From contig NIVC01002237.1 of NCBI GenBank assembly GCA_002269645.1, positions 1 to 33,177 on the forward strand: a DNA stretch of 33,177 bases, written 5' to 3'. The position numbers were made by a program, and so were the translations under genes. Below are positions 31,323 to 33,177 of the stretch, one piece after another. A model generated the notes under the pieces. The model saw nothing but the letters and a program-made list of their open reading frames with translations, was not told where the DNA came from and ran no database searches. Position 1 is the first letter of the stretch; every line of letters starts with the position of its first letter. The DNA comes from Macrostomum lignano. Its lineage: Eukaryota.

Positions 31323-31556
31323 CGCCGACGGGCAGACGAGTTGCGCTCAATCGATCCCTGGATGGTGTCGGCTCTGCGCAAGATCGAAGAGCGCCGAATG
31401 ACCATAGTTGGAGTCGGGCAGGCGGCTGGGCCTCCGAGTTCCAATAGCAGCGACAGGCTGCTGAGCAGCCGCGGACAGCAGCAGCAGCAGGAAAAGCAAG
31501 ATCAGCAGCCATTAAATGAGTCGGAAGAAGAGGAGCTACAAAAGAAAGATAACTGA
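31323..31556 (+). CDS. Candidate alternative terminal exon of PMCA (site C, phase 0)
   Basis: Acceptor ..CAACTGTACAG|CGC in phase 0. A GC-rich, coding-like island in AT-rich intron DNA encoding 77 aa (RRRADELRSIDPWMVSALRKIEERRMTI..QKKDN*). AATAAA at 31672-31677. Confidence 0.6.
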   Translation, partial: RRRADELRSIDPWMVSALRKIEERRMTIVGVGQAAGPPSSNSSDRLLSSRGQQQQQEKQDQQPLNESEEEELQKKDN

Positions 31557-31671
31557 GAGTCAAGAAACAACTCTTAAAACTCATCGAGTTCGGCCCAGCG
31601 GCTACCTAAAAGCTTATAGCGACGTGTGTAGCTTATATAGTTAATCATGTTTTGTTCAAACTAACAAAATC

Positions 31672-31677
31672 AATAAA
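31672..31677 (+). terminator. Candidate polyadenylation signal for the alternative terminal exon
   Basis: AATAAA about 115 nt after the TGA at 31556. The region is AT-rich, so a chance match is possible. Confidence 0.35.
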
Positions 31678-33121
31678 CAATTTTAGCATGCTTTGTTTAT
31701 CAAATACGTACAGTTAGCATCACTACTAGCTCGTATATTACGCCCATTGCTTGTTTATCATTATTTATACTGTGTCATATTTATATCGATTATATCCTTA
31801 GTTCTGTTATAGTCTCTAATTCAAGTCGTGTTTTACTCTCCCATCCTGACAGAACATAAATACTAAAAATACACGCTCAACCGCTTTAGTTTAACCCAAG
31901 CCTGCCACCTCGACTATATACGGTGTTGTCGCTTGATTAGCTATATAGGCTGCTTCCTTCTATTTGTGGTTTCAATATTTACTGAAATTTTACCATTGCT
32001 TGTAGTGTCTATATACGCTCGTAGTTCTAACATAAAAAAGAACTAATGGAACAAAGAAAGGCGTTGGAGCTACTTAAAAAATCTGCACCGTAACTTTTGA
32101 TTTTCGGTGTAAAGTTTATCGAAAATCTTTTTTAAAGATAAAAATTTTTTTATCCTTATTGTAAAACAAGCAACGCTGTCATCTCGTCTCGCTTCATCTT
32201 GAACTACTATTACTGTCCAAAGCACTACTTTATATCTACAGTACGTTATTTTGTTTACGCATATACTGGCATCTCTATACGAACTACATTATTGTATTTT
32301 AATAATTAACGATCATTAGAAACTGTCAAATAGCGAAATTCTACGCGTGTTTCTATCGATTTTTGCGCGTTTTACTATCGAGCGCTAAAAACAAACGCAC
32401 GCAAAATTTTAATTTAACAAACTATTCGTGTTTGAAAATATCGTTTCTTTTTCGTTCTACCAGCTAAATATAGCAGACGTGAATTTGTGGCGGCAATGAA
32501 AGCGTATAAATTAAAACATTTAATTGACATTTTTGTTGTTTTACTGGAAAAAAAGCACCATTTAGGTTTAGAATAATGAATGTAGAGATGCAGAGTGCTT
32601 TTAAAATAAATTTTCTGAAACACGTTGGCCATTATTTGAATAGTTATCGATTGGTCTGCTAATATTGGCAACAATATTTTTGTAAACGATTTAATTCATA
32701 TCCGGTTTATAATCGCGAACAAAATATTTTGTAAATAACTATATTTAGACTACAGTTAAATTTATTTCTACATATAATCAACCCCATCTATATATTTTTT
32801 TCGATTCGAAAAATTTATCTGAATTAATATGATTCTTTTCTATCGTATTATTTTTTTACTCTCATTTATACTATGGAAAGTAAGATCTATTATTTTGTCA
32901 TACTTTCAACTTAGAAAGGTAATTAAAAGTAAGCTAAATAAAATTCGCTTAAATATAGTTTAGCCGACTTACTATAGTTCAAGTTTAATTTTACTTTTCC
33001 GGATTTATTTTTCCAATATGTGTTCCTTTAAATGAATAGTATAATTCTCCCCAATGGCTCCGTTATTGCCTACCGTACCTCCCGCTCCACTCTCTCCTTC
33101 CCTCCCTTTTTATTCTTGCAG

Positions 33122-33130
33122 ATGCAAACG
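33122..33130 (+). CDS. Candidate 9-nt microexon (ATGCAAACG; MQT in phase 0)
   Basis: Long pyrimidine tract CTCTCTCCTTCCCTCCCTTTTTATTCTTGCAG| followed 9 nt later by G|GTAAGT. Both sites are near consensus and the exon is frame-preserving. Confidence 0.5.
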
Positions 33131-33177
33131 GTAAGTAGCTAGAACAGCTCCAGCCAACTTCAGACACATGTCGGTGT

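Overview
This is animal (metazoan) genomic DNA, not prokaryotic. The window is almost entirely one + strand gene for a plasma-membrane Ca2+-ATPase (PMCA/ATP2B, P-type IIB). I rebuilt 13 coding exons by hand from ATG 1433 to 24195. All have GT-AG boundaries with matching phases and total 3342 nt (1114 codons), ending halfway through the calmodulin-binding domain (GQVLWIRGLARLQTQ). The canonical next exon (IRVVxAF-like) was not found and probably lies beyond the window. I found candidate alternative exons at both classic PMCA splice sites: an 18-nt microexon at site A, and at site C a terminal exon, a possible cassette and a 9-nt microexon. About a quarter of the window (my estimate, ~8.6 kb) is some 15 different intronic minisatellite arrays, which produce most of the long repetitive ORFs in the track. 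Intron 12 holds a 5'-truncated, uninterrupted non-LTR retrotransposon (RT + RNase H + CCHC, LOA/I-group-like) on the - strand. It is inserted in the middle of a 33-bp minisatellite with a (GTAA)n tail, a target-site duplication and a small inverted duplication at its 5' junction. There is also a tRNA-derived SINE-like element and an AT-rich foldback structure. The architecture resembles that reported for the flatworm Macrostomum lignano, but the species is only an inference. I found no clearly new multi-gene system; the best leads are the alternative-splicing candidates and the LINE/minisatellite relationship.
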